From an uncultured Candidatus Cloacimonadota bacterium (lineage in GTDB: Bacteria > Cloacimonadota > Cloacimonadia > Cloacimonadales > TCS61): a DNA stretch of 64,000 nucleotides. Location: assembly GCA_964433675.1 (NCBI GenBank), contig CAYSSJ010000003.1, forward strand, positions 38,046 to 102,045, read 5' to 3'. Shown here one piece after another: positions 47,342-56,608 of this stretch. The notes beneath the pieces are model-generated. The model was not told where the DNA came from. It ran no database searches and worked only from the letters and a program-made list of their open reading frames with translations. The position numbers and the translations under genes were made by a program. The first letter of the stretch is position 1. The number at the start of each line of letters is the position of its first letter.

Positions 47342-48658
47342 TCATGCTTGTTTGAGTTCCGTAACTTTTAGTTTGCCAATATCTATCCATTGGATCAATT
47401 TGATATGCGCAGGACAGACATAAGCGCAACAGCCACATTTCATACAGTCCATCACTCCATATCGTTCAGCAAAATCAAACTGCTCATATCGAACACTTTG
47501 TGCGATCATACTGGGAACAAGATTCATCGGGCATACATCCACGCAAGCGCCACAGCGGATACAAGTGTGCTCAGCCTCTTTTTGAGCTTCTTTTTTGTTG
47601 AGAAGCAGTAACCCCGAACTTCCTTTGATCATGGGAGAATCGAGATCCGGGATGGCAAAACCCATCATCGGACCACCTGAGATCACTTTGCCAATATTTT
47701 CGCTAGTGCCACCGCAATACTCTAGCAGGTCTGAGAAGCGGGTACCGATAGGTGCGAGTATGTTTTTGGGATTATTTACTATACTGCCACTGACGGTTAT
47801 CACTCTCTCGATCAGAGGTTTCTTGAATCTGATTGCTTCATATATCGCATAAGCTGTGCCGACATTTTGAACTATAACCCCAACATCCATTGGCAGTCCA
47901 CCTTTGTTTGGCACACGTCGCTTAGTGGCAGCATAAATCAATTGCTTCTCTGCACCTTGTGGATATTTCAATTTTAGTCCCACTACGCGGAGATTGTCTA
48001 TATTTTTGGTTTTTTGTTTCATTAGTTTGATAACATCCGGTTTATTTACTTCTATACCGATGATGCCTTCTTTCGCATCAGCTATTTTCATGATGAACTT
48101 CAAACCTTCGATAATCTCATCTGCCTTTTCCAGCATCATACGATAATCTGCAGTTAGATATGGTTCACATTCCACACCGTTAAGGATGATCGTATCTATC
48201 GGTTTATCTTTTGGTGGAGACAATTTGACATGTGTAGGGAAGCCGGCACCACCCATACCGCAGATTCCTGCCTGCTGAACTCTGGAGCGCATCTCATCAG
48301 CGGATAATTTGGTGGGATCATCATCTGCCAGCTCGATCTCGTCGTTTTCTTCGGTTGCGGTGATCTCTATCGCTTTTTGGATAGTGCCGGTAGGGTGGGG
48401 AAAATTAGCGATTTTGCTGATCTTTCCGGAGATGGAAGCATGTGAATATATAGATACGAAGCCTTTGGGCTCTGCAATAACCTGTCCGACTATTACCTGA
48501 TCTCCTACTTTTACTACCGGTTCGCTGGGAGCGCCGATATGCTGTGATAGGGGTATTATTACCTTGGACGGTTTAGCGATCTTCTCTATAGCACTCTGTT
48601 TGGATAGATTCTTGTAATCATGAGTATGAATACCGCCCGGGAATGTCTTTAGTCCCAT
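47342..48658 (-). CDS. rnfC: Rnf complex subunit C
   Basis: QHIGAP, HASISG, GMGGAGFPTHVK, ECEPYLTAD, YPQGAEKQL, GGPMMG; two 4Fe-4S motifs. Confidence 0.97.
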   Translation of the reverse strand: MGLKTFPGGIHTHDYKNLSKQSAIEKIAKPSKVIIPLSQHIGAPSEPVVKVGDQVIVGQVIAEPKGFVSIYSHASISGKISKIANFPHPTGTIQKAIEITATEENDEIELADDDPTKLSADEMRSRVQQAGICGMGGAGFPTHVKLSPPKDKPIDTIILNGVECEPYLTADYRMMLEKADEIIEGLKFIMKIADAKEGIIGIEVNKPDVIKLMKQKTKNIDNLRVVGLKLKYPQGAEKQLIYAATKRRVPNKGGLPMDVGVIVQNVGTAYAIYEAIRFKKPLIERVITVSGSIVNNPKNILAPIGTRFSDLLEYCGGTSENIGKVISGGPMMGFAIPDLDSPMIKGSSGLLLLNKKEAQKEAEHTCIRCGACVDVCPMNLVPSMIAQSVRYEQFDFAERYGVMDCMKCGCCAYVCPAHIKLIQWIDIGKLKVTELKQA

Positions 48659-48854
48659 AATCTCTCCCTTTCATTTCTATTTCTCATATTCTATCATATT
48701 TGCTGGACAGAATTTTGAAGGTTTGAATATTAAGCAAGTATTTTTTGACGTTCTCACTCTTCTATGCCAAGAGAAGATTCTTATAGACAAGATCATACGT
48801 TTTTCAAAAAATTGTTCGTTAAATAAATAAGATTGTTGTGAGAATGGAGTTTTG

Positions 48855-49964
48855 ATGAAATATAAAGCAGTATGCATTGTTATAATATTAATGCTTGGCA
48901 GTTGCCTTGTGAATGCGATCAAGGTGGAATATACAGCCCAAATGTCTCCCGAAGAAATAACTATGGTAAAAATCGGAGGGGTAGATTATTTCACCATCAA
49001 CCAGTTGAATAAAGTTTTTAATGCGACTATAAACGAAGATGTTATCGAACAAAGATTGGAAGTGAGCCTCTATAATGAGCAGCTAATTTTTTTGATGGAC
49101 TCTTCTTATGTAACCCATATGAATGAGGTTTATAATTTCTCTTTCCCGATTGTATTGCAAAACGGACGCTATATGATCCCGGCGGTTTTCATCAAAACTG
49201 TGTTGCCGACCATTTTGCCTGAGAAAATTAGTTTAAGTAGAAACAGAATAATAGCCGAGCCACCGGTAGATAATACGGTGCGAACGATTGTGATTGACCC
49301 CGGACATGGGGGTAAGGATCCGGGTGCTATCGGACACACTAGAACAGTGTATGAGAAGGATATTGTTCTGGATATTGCTTTCAAAATAAAAAAACTGGTA
49401 GAAATGAACCTCGATCTGGAAGTGGTATTGACCAGAGATAAAGATGAATTTGTAACTCTGCAAGAGCGAACACAATTGGCTAATCAAAAAAATGCCGATC
49501 TTTTTTTATCATTACACTGTAATGCGCATAACAATAATAAAACGCACGGGATCGAAGTTTATTATCTTTCCACTGCCCGGACAGACGAAGCCAGAGCAGT
49601 AGAAGCTATGGAAAATGCGGTGGTCTATAAATATGAAGGTGGGGAAGATGCAGTGCAAAGATACGATGACCTTGCCTATATACTGGCAGATATGGCACAA
49701 AGTGAGCACTTGGAAGAGAGTTCGAGATTTGCCGTGAAATTGCAAAGCAGCCTGATTGCCAATACAAATGCCTATAATCGTGGAGTAAAACAGGCTAATT
49801 TTTATGTGCTGCGGGGTGCTTTTATGCCGGCTGTGCTTATCGAGTTCGGTTTTATTACAAATAGAGAAGAGCAACAGAAGCTTCTGGATTCTTCATATCA
49901 AAATAAATTAGCTTATGCTGTGTATGAAGAGATAAAAAGTTTTAAGTTGAGATACCAACGATAA
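48855..49964 (+). CDS. N-acetylmuramoyl-L-alanine amidase (Amidase_3) with N-terminal stalk-like domain
   Basis: IDPGHGGKDPGA, EKDIVL, LTRD.D, SLHCNA, AMEN autoinhibitory helix, MPAVLIE.GF. Confidence 0.93.
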   Translation: MKYKAVCIVIILMLGSCLVNAIKVEYTAQMSPEEITMVKIGGVDYFTINQLNKVFNATINEDVIEQRLEVSLYNEQLIFLMDSSYVTHMNEVYNFSFPIVLQNGRYMIPAVFIKTVLPTILPEKISLSRNRIIAEPPVDNTVRTIVIDPGHGGKDPGAIGHTRTVYEKDIVLDIAFKIKKLVEMNLDLEVVLTRDKDEFVTLQERTQLANQKNADLFLSLHCNAHNNNKTHGIEVYYLSTARTDEARAVEAMENAVVYKYEGGEDAVQRYDDLAYILADMAQSEHLEESSRFAVKLQSSLIANTNAYNRGVKQANFYVLRGAFMPAVLIEFGFITNREEQQKLLDSSYQNKLAYAVYEEIKSFKLRYQR

Positions 49965-50099
49965 GAATATATACGGATTCGAGTTAGTCATTTTTCAGCT
50001 AATCTACCGATGAAAATAACTGCTCCGCCTAAAAAAATGTTTGACAGTAATACAGGCTAACCTTTTTTGACTTCAAAAATTATAGATACGGAGGATTTG

Positions 50100-50381
50100 A
50101 TGCCAAATACAAAATCTTGTGAAAAAAGATTGCGACAGGAAAAGAAGCGTCATGCTCGAAATAATTATGTAAAGATGACGATCAAACGACTTTCAAAAAA
50201 GCTGCATAGCGATATTCCCATAGAAGAAAAGGAAAAAGTATTACACGAAGTTTATTCCAAACTAGATAAAGCAGCAAAGAGACACATTATTCACAAAAGA
50301 ACCGCTTCCAGAAGAAAAGGGCGGCTGGCTAACTATTTTAACAAGGTGAAGCGAGAACAAGAATCAGCTAAAGAAGCCTAA
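50100..50381 (+). CDS. rpsT: 30S ribosomal protein S20
   Basis: MPNTKS..KR.RQ..KR..RN, LDKAA...IIHK.TASR.K.RL. Start ATG 50100 after GGAGG. Confidence 0.96.
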   Translation: MPNTKSCEKRLRQEKKRHARNNYVKMTIKRLSKKLHSDIPIEEKEKVLHEVYSKLDKAAKRHIIHKRTASRRKGRLANYFNKVKREQESAKEA

Positions 50382-50436
50382 TAGCTTTTAAATAAATCAG
50401 AACTCTCTGGTTCTAACAAAGATTAGGGAAAAGTAG

Positions 50437-51456
50437 ATGGATTACACTCCTTATATCGGCATTGCCTTGTTTTTGCTGCTCATCTTGGTTTTCTTTATTA
50501 TTTTCAGAGCAAAAAAGAAAAAAAAGTCTGAAAGTGCCGATACAAAAGCGCTACCGGAAAAACTGAGTAAAACTAAAAACAGTTTTTTGAATCAAATTTC
50601 TCAATTATTACAGATCAGTAGTAAAGTTGATGAGAAATTAATAGAAGAATTGGAAGATATTTTGCTGCAAGCAGATATCGGAGTAAAAACGACTGGGGAT
50701 ATTATTACCAGCTTACGAGAACGCATCAAAGAAAAGAAGATCACAGAAGTAGAAGCTATCAGAAGCGAATTGAGATTCATCATCGAAGATTTGATGAGCA
50801 GCGATTATTCCGAAAATGAGAATCATTTAGTAGAGCCAACTTCCAAACCGCATGTTATCCTGTTTGTCGGTGTGAATGGAGTCGGGAAGACTACAACTAT
50901 CGGTAAGTTGGCGTATAGATATAAACAACAGGGCAGATCTGTAATGATGATCGCAGGGGATACCTTTCGTGCTGCTGCTATAGAACAGCTTACTATCTGG
51001 TCGGAGCGAGCCGGAGTAGAGATAGTGAAGCAAAAACAGGGTTCTGATGCCGCGGCAGTAATTTACGACGGTCTTACTGCTGCTATCCATCGCAAGATAG
51101 ATGTGGTACTGATCGATACGGCTGGCCGGCAGCATACCAAAGTGAATCTGATGAATGAGCTTCGCAAAGTTGTGCGTACGATCAAAAAAGTGATCCCTGA
51201 GGCTCCACACGAATCTCTGCTGGTAGTAGATGCCACTACCGGTCAAAATGCACTTGCCCAAGCTGATCTATTCAACGAAGCGGTAACAATCAGTGGGATC
51301 GTGCTATCCAAGCTAGATGGAACTGCCAAAGGTGGCATTGTCATCGGTATAAAACATCAGTATAACTTGCCTGTAAAACTGATCGGAGTGGGTGAAAAGA
51401 TTTCCGATCTCAAAGATTTCCAAGTAAAAGAATTTATCTCCGCTTTATTCGATTGA
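50437..51456 (+). CDS. ftsY: SRP receptor FtsY with N-terminal TM anchor
   Basis: GVNGVGKTTTIGKL, DTFRAAAIEQL, DTAGR, DATTGQN, KLDGTAKGG, GVGE. Confidence 0.97.
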   Translation: MDYTPYIGIALFLLLILVFFIIFRAKKKKKSESADTKALPEKLSKTKNSFLNQISQLLQISSKVDEKLIEELEDILLQADIGVKTTGDIITSLRERIKEKKITEVEAIRSELRFIIEDLMSSDYSENENHLVEPTSKPHVILFVGVNGVGKTTTIGKLAYRYKQQGRSVMMIAGDTFRAAAIEQLTIWSERAGVEIVKQKQGSDAAAVIYDGLTAAIHRKIDVVLIDTAGRQHTKVNLMNELRKVVRTIKKVIPEAPHESLLVVDATTGQNALAQADLFNEAVTISGIVLSKLDGTAKGGIVIGIKHQYNLPVKLIGVGEKISDLKDFQVKEFISALFD

Positions 51457-52257
51457 TCTTTTATCCCATAGTTTAGTAAGCTTATCAATAGGTTTGATTA
51501 TAGTCTCTAATTCCTGCAGATTTATGGTTTGTTTACTATCACAAAGTGTGTTATCCGGATCAAAATGTGTTTCCAACATCAATCCGTCAGCTCCAGCAGC
51601 AATAGCAGCCCAGCTCAATGATCGAATCAGTTCTCTTCTGCCACAGCTATGAGACGGATCTACTATGACAGGCAGATTACAGAGGCTTTTAACCGCACCG
51701 ATAGCGGCAATATCCAGAGTAAAGCGAGTATAAGTCTCGAAACTTCTGATCCCACGTTCACACAAAATGATGCCTTTGTTACCTCCACAGTAGATGTATT
51801 CTGCAGCGAGTAGCCATTCTTCGATTGTGTTGCCAAAACCACGCTTCAAGATGATCGGATTTTCTACGCTGCCCAGTTTTTTCAGAAGCGGATAATTGTT
51901 CATATTGCGTGTGCCTACCTGCAAAATATCCACAAATCTACTCATCAGCTCTACATGATCGGGCGAGATAACTTCTGAAACGGAGAACATATCGGTCTCT
52001 CGACAGACTGCTTGGATCATTTCCAAACCTTCTCCCCCCAAACCTTGGAAATCATGCAGCGAAGAGCGCATCTTATAAGCACCACCTCTTAATATCTTTA
52101 TCCCCATCTCTTTTAGTTTGATCGCTATTCTTAGAAGATCATCGTAATTTTCAATCGTACAAGGACCGGCTATAAGTGAGAACGTTTCCCCGCCTATCTC
52201 AAGATTACCAAGTTTAACTTTTGATTCCAGAGCACTGAATCTTTTTTGGTTATTCAT
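51445..52257 (-). CDS. aroF: Type I-beta DAHP synthase-like aldolase (no regulatory domain)
   Basis: IAGPC.IE, RGGAYKMRSS, FQGLG, Q.GTRNM.N, LKRG, CERGIRSFE, DPSH, GADGL.LE.H. Confidence 0.8.
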   Translation of the reverse strand: MNNQKRFSALESKVKLGNLEIGGETFSLIAGPCTIENYDDLLRIAIKLKEMGIKILRGGAYKMRSSLHDFQGLGGEGLEMIQAVCRETDMFSVSEVISPDHVELMSRFVDILQVGTRNMNNYPLLKKLGSVENPIILKRGFGNTIEEWLLAAEYIYCGGNKGIILCERGIRSFETYTRFTLDIAAIGAVKSLCNLPVIVDPSHSCGRRELIRSLSWAAIAAGADGLMLETHFDPDNTLCDSKQTINLQELETIIKPIDKLTKLWDKRSIE

Positions 52258-53125
52258 CGGTTTTCCCCTCTATCATTTTCTCCAATTCCGTTTTGTCTTG
52301 GCACAACAGCCCGAATGCTACTCCCTTGTCACTGATAGTGATATGAGTAGCTTCGAAGAAATCAACTAATAATTTCGTCAGGAATACACCGGCGTGCATC
52401 AATTCCATTTCATCCGAACCGGTATTTGTTTTGGATAGAGCTTTCAGGCGAAGATAGGTGCTATGAATATCTTCGGTCTTGATCTTCTTTTTATGACAAT
52501 TTTGGGTAGTCTTGAGCATATTGGCCAAAAAATATATCTGCTGAGGTATTTTTCCTATTCCGATTAGTTCGTGTTTTTTCTCGATCTGGATTTGTTGGAG
52601 TTGGTTTCGGATATTCTTACTCAGTTTGTCCAGATGCTTTGTTTTTTTCAATACGGTATGTCCGCCAAATGGGAAGCTGAATTTTGAGGTGATTTTTTTC
52701 TTATCTATCACAGCGAACTCTGTACTCCCCCCGCCGATATCGAAGATCAGCATGTTTGTTTTGCGTGGGAACGCCCTCAAAGTAGCCAATGCACTAAAAT
52801 AAGCCTCTTCCTCTCCGGAGAGGACTAGCAGATCATGATGATTAAGTTTGTAGGCGAGCTCTTGTAATTTCGGTCTTACTGCTGGATCTCTGGCAATGTT
52901 GGTGCCGACGATAAGTATATTATCTGTTTGCGATTTTGCCTTTTCCAGATAATCTTGCAACAAGCTTTCCATTTTGGCATATTTCTGTTCATCAGGGGCT
53001 GAACTCAGATTCAAGCCGGTTAGCTGCGCTTCGGTGAAAATTACTTTTGGTTTGGGAGTTTTTGCTATCATCAGCGTAGTGAGATGCGAACCGATCTCGA
53101 TTATAGCCCAAATATTATTCTTCAT
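52250..53125 (-). CDS. Short Ppx/GppA-family phosphatase
   Basis: IEIGS, LSGEEEA, DIGGGSTE; ASKHA-fold pattern; no HD domain. Confidence 0.8.
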   Translation of the reverse strand: MKNNIWAIIEIGSHLTTLMIAKTPKPKVIFTEAQLTGLNLSSAPDEQKYAKMESLLQDYLEKAKSQTDNILIVGTNIARDPAVRPKLQELAYKLNHHDLLVLSGEEEAYFSALATLRAFPRKTNMLIFDIGGGSTEFAVIDKKKITSKFSFPFGGHTVLKKTKHLDKLSKNIRNQLQQIQIEKKHELIGIGKIPQQIYFLANMLKTTQNCHKKKIKTEDIHSTYLRLKALSKTNTGSDEMELMHAGVFLTKLLVDFFEATHITISDKGVAFGLLCQDKTELEKMIEGKTDE

Positions 53126-53137
53126 GATCATTCTCCT

Positions 53138-54808
53138 TCATAATCGTGTTTTCAGACTGATGTGCAATACGCCATCCATAGGATTTCTGAAATTTCTGTT
53201 ATGATAGCTCAGTCCATAATCTATCCCTACGGTACCCAAGCGCGTTTCCAGCCGCATGCCCAACCCAAATCCAAACAGGTCACCATAGGTATAATCGTTG
53301 TTTTGAACATAACCATAATCTAAAAACAGAAATGCTCTGGATGAATAAGAGAGCAAATATCTGAGCTCCAAATTGGCAAACCCGGTCAGATAGCCGTAAA
53401 ACTGATCTTCCATAAAGCCACGTAGATTTTGATTGCCACCAAGTGTGTAGTATTCAAAAACTTTTAGATTTTTATTCTCGATGTATTTGCCATTTATTCT
53501 GTTATAAAACACTATTTGTGGTAAGACAGTTCTGTAGATTTGCCATTGAGATTCCACTGCCTGTTTAGTGCTCAGTTTCTCATCTTCCTGATGGAAAATG
53601 TAGAAATATTTGAAGAAAATCCGATTACCCGCAGTCGGGTTGAGAACAAAGTGTACATTATCAAATTCCCAAAAGCTACCGATTTTACGATAAGAAGTTT
53701 TCTCTATCAGTTTGGGACGGCGACTGCCGGGATAGATGGTTTCCAGTCCAATATAGATCCCATACTTATGATTGGGGGTGTAATAATAGATCTCCGTATC
53801 GAACGAAGTCTGGATATAGGTAGAGTCCTGTTCTTTACGATACAGACTAAAATCTCCGCTGATCGGGATGGAATATGGTCCCGATTCATGATAGTGCAAA
53901 TTTATAGAACTCTGTAGGGCAGAGGGACGATGCCAATTTAGCGAAATAGATCTATCCGTACCGTATAGGTTCAGAAAATCGACATCAATGTAGCCGGAGA
54001 ACCTATTGTCCGAGTGCCGGGATTCGTTATAGCCCAAAATGCCGGATATATAACTCATCCTATCTTCAGTGATGGAAATATGCAGATGATTTGGGTCGAT
54101 TGGGATAATCTCACAATCCCGGATGTACTCTCGGCGGCGGATGTTCTCTTCTGCCTGGCGGATATTTTGCGGGCTAAGATATTCATACTGATCCAACTGT
54201 GCCAATTTGAGCAGAGTAGATTCTCTGGTAATCTCATTCCCAGCGAAAGTAATGCGCTCAGCTTTCATGGGAGTGTGTTCTTCGATTATGATATGAGCAA
54301 CAAGGCGATCGTCCACACTTTCGATATGATCCAGAGAGACATTGGTAAAAATGAATCCCTGCGAAGCATAGAAATGGGTGATTTCTTTAATCAGATTTTC
54401 CAGGGTGGCAAAACTGTATTCTTCTTTTGGGATTGATTGCCACAAAACTCTGTCTGAGATATATCTATTCCCGCTTACCGAAATCGAGTCTATAATCACC
54501 TGCGCTTCTTCTATTACAGTGAAGAGTACAATTATATCATCCGGATTTTTCGGCGTGATTTGAGGTGTTAGTACTTTGATATTGTGATAGCCTCTTTCCT
54601 GATACAAAGCCGAAATTTTCTTTGCATCGGAATTGACTACACTCTGGTCGAAATTGGCACCGGGTTTTGTATCTAATACCCTCAAAATCTGCTCATCATC
54701 GAGAATCGCGTTTCCCTCTATCTGCACAGCGCCAACCCGCAATTCGACAGCGTATAAGGGTGAGAGAACAACGATAAGCAAAATGAATATAAACTTAGAA
54801 ACTTGCAT
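53138..54808 (-). CDS. Omp85/BamA-TamA family protein (three POTRA + barrel)
   Basis: POTRA starts IEGN, VSGN, FAGN; NLYGT.R; LGG..NLRGF; ELRY; FLDYG; G.GLG.R; terminal strand. Confidence 0.88.
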   Translation of the reverse strand: MQVSKFIFILLIVVLSPLYAVELRVGAVQIEGNAILDDEQILRVLDTKPGANFDQSVVNSDAKKISALYQERGYHNIKVLTPQITPKNPDDIIVLFTVIEEAQVIIDSISVSGNRYISDRVLWQSIPKEEYSFATLENLIKEITHFYASQGFIFTNVSLDHIESVDDRLVAHIIIEEHTPMKAERITFAGNEITRESTLLKLAQLDQYEYLSPQNIRQAEENIRRREYIRDCEIIPIDPNHLHISITEDRMSYISGILGYNESRHSDNRFSGYIDVDFLNLYGTDRSISLNWHRPSALQSSINLHYHESGPYSIPISGDFSLYRKEQDSTYIQTSFDTEIYYYTPNHKYGIYIGLETIYPGSRRPKLIEKTSYRKIGSFWEFDNVHFVLNPTAGNRIFFKYFYIFHQEDEKLSTKQAVESQWQIYRTVLPQIVFYNRINGKYIENKNLKVFEYYTLGGNQNLRGFMEDQFYGYLTGFANLELRYLLSYSSRAFLFLDYGYVQNNDYTYGDLFGFGLGMRLETRLGTVGIDYGLSYHNRNFRNPMDGVLHISLKTRL

Positions 54809-55847
54809 CGATCAGTGAGATTAGTTCATCAATTAACTTCTTTTCAGATACTTTTTTGATGATCTTTCCTTTTTTGAAGATCAATCCTTCAGCTTTACCG
54901 CCAGCAATGCCAAAATCAGCTTCTCGCGCTTCTCCGGGACCGTTCACTTCACAACCCATCACAGCTACGGTTATCTGTTTATCCTTGAATGGTTGCAATC
55001 GCTTTTCTACTTCGTGTGACATTGCTATCACATCTATATTGGTTCTACCGCATGTCGGGCAGGAGATGATCTCCAAACCTTCCAGAAGTTCGAGCGATTG
55101 GAGTAGCTGACGAGCGACCAATACCTCTCTGAGCGGATCGGCGGTTAATGATACCCGGATCGTATCTCCAATACCTTCTGCCAGTAGAGTGCCTATCCCA
55201 ACAGATGATTTGATCGTACCGGCAAATTCCGTACCTGCTTCGGTTACTCCCAAATGTAGCGGATATTCCACCTTTTTACTAAGCTGACGATAAGACTCTA
55301 TGGTCAATGGAACGGATGATGATTTTACCGAGATCTTCATCTCATAGTAATGTAATTTTTCCAAGATTGCTACATGTTCGAGAGCACTTTCTACTATGGC
55401 TTGTGCACTCATCCCGTAGCGGCGCAGTTTATCTTTGGATAATGACCCGCTATTAACTCCGATCCGAATTGGGATTTTTCTCTCTTTGGCGAGTGAAACG
55501 ATCTCTGCTACCTTTGACTCGGAAGTTATATTTCCCGGGTTTATTCTCAGACCATCTATTCCTTGTCGTATAGATTCTATGGCGAGTTTGTGATCGAAAT
55601 GAATGTCGGCGATCAGTGGTACTGAGACCTGAGACTTTATCTGTGAGATCTTTTGTGCTGCATCCATATTGGGAACTGCTATCCGCAGTAAATGACAACC
55701 GGCAGCTGTCAAGCTCCTGATCTGTGCTACAGTAGCTTTTACAGCTTCAGTATGGGTATTAGTCATAGATTGGATGGCGATCGGGTTTTCTCCTCCGATA
55801 GCCACCTTTCCTATATGGATCACTTTCGTGCGAACCCTATTTATCAT
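54795..55847 (-). CDS. ispG: 4-hydroxy-3-methylbut-2-en-1-yl diphosphate synthase
   Basis: QSMTNT, ADIHF, RINPGN, RIGVNSGSL, HLGVTEAG, GDTIRVSL, CPTCGR, MGC.VNGPGE. Start ATG 55847. Confidence 0.98.
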   Translation of the reverse strand: MINRVRTKVIHIGKVAIGGENPIAIQSMTNTHTEAVKATVAQIRSLTAAGCHLLRIAVPNMDAAQKISQIKSQVSVPLIADIHFDHKLAIESIRQGIDGLRINPGNITSESKVAEIVSLAKERKIPIRIGVNSGSLSKDKLRRYGMSAQAIVESALEHVAILEKLHYYEMKISVKSSSVPLTIESYRQLSKKVEYPLHLGVTEAGTEFAGTIKSSVGIGTLLAEGIGDTIRVSLTADPLREVLVARQLLQSLELLEGLEIISCPTCGRTNIDVIAMSHEVEKRLQPFKDKQITVAVMGCEVNGPGEAREADFGIAGGKAEGLIFKKGKIIKKVSEKKLIDELISLIDASF

Positions 55848-56065
55848 ATTTACCTCTAAGATGTAACTTAGCAAAAATGGCTATTTTTAGGTCAAGGGAT
55901 TTTTGCCAGTCTAGTAAGTTTTAAGACGGGATTGTTTATAAAACCATGTTAAAATATAACAAAATACTAAACAGGAATAAGCCATTTCATATTCTTATGA
56001 ATGTTTCAAAAAATATAGTCAGATTGAATGAAATTGCTGAAGCGAGAACTGGATTAATTCTGTAC

Positions 56066-56188
56066 CGTCAAACGGCATCTAGTTATCTGAAGCAATTAGA
56101 AGAAATCGAGGTACTGAACGGTATTAAAATAGGAAGACAAAAATATTATGTTAATAAAAAACTTTACGATCTACTTAAAAACAGTTAA
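56066..56188 (+). pseudogene. Remnant: C-terminal winged-helix tail of a Fic-family (SoFic-like) protein
   Basis: RQTASSYLKQLEEIEVL..IKIGRQKYYVNKKLYDLL matches the recalled C-terminus of Fic+HTH proteins; no HPFxDGNGR motif upstream; contained in the 80-aa ORF 55946-56188. Confidence 0.65.
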
Positions 56189-56208
56189 TTTTTCATCAAT
56201 TTGTGTAA

Positions 56209-56398
56209 ATGTGTCGGATTTAAATCAAAATTTCGACACATCACAAAAAAATGTCGAAATTATTCCAAAATTTCGACACATTGGAGAAACATATCGAAAA
56301 ACAGGAAATCTTTCATCAGGATTTTCTATGTTAAAAAAATCGAAAAATTTTAACATAGGTTGCTGCTCATGTTAAAAAAACACGATTTTCTTAACATG
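56209..56398. repeat. Tandem array of five ~40-bp palindromic units, consensus TGTYRA-N15-TYRACA
   Basis: Left/right half-sites at 56212/56233, 56252/56273, 56292/56313 (degenerate), 56329/56350, 56370/56391; every spacer is 15 nt. Confidence 0.85.
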
Positions 56399-56404
56399 AT
56401 TTCC

Positions 56405-56478
56405 ACCTCAACCCCAACCCTTTTTCCATCGAGGAAAAGGGAGCAAAGTTCTTCTTGGTTAGGAGGATTTAGGAAGGT
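56405..56478. repeat. Degenerate REP-like palindrome
   Basis: CCTCAACCCCAA-CCCTTTTTCC-atcga-GGAAAAGGG-AG...GGAGGATTTAGGAAGG resembles the CCTCACCCC..CCCTCTCC..GGAGAGGG class of short interspersed repeats. Confidence 0.4.
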
Positions 56479-56608
56479 CGCAATGAGAAAAAATGTCAAA
56501 TCACTATTAACAGCCTCCCCAAAGCTATGATCTATTAATATTCCTTGCTAAAAAATGTTTTATTAAAAAAGTGAGTTTTCATCAAAATGAATAGGGGAGT
56601 GGGGGCAG

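Noticed and set aside
49973..50030. Structured ncRNA between the amidase and rpsT
   Set aside because: Only an imperfect A/T-rich hairpin with no recognisable family motif; at most a weak terminator.
15479..54436. Long antisense/alternative-frame ORFs (e.g. 15479-15997, 24560-24976, 33423-33830, 41237-41764, 54014-54436)
   Set aside because: They lie opposite well-supported genes, lack RBS and motifs, and are typical shadow ORFs.
55946..56375. ORFs 55946-56188 and 56148-56375 as intact small genes or a toxin-antitoxin pair
   Set aside because: Only the last ~40 codons of the first resemble a protein; the second just reads through the palindrome array.
56209..56398. CRISPR array
   Set aside because: Units are non-identical ~27-33-bp palindromes with only ~7-14 nt between them; no unique 25-45-nt spacers and no cas genes.
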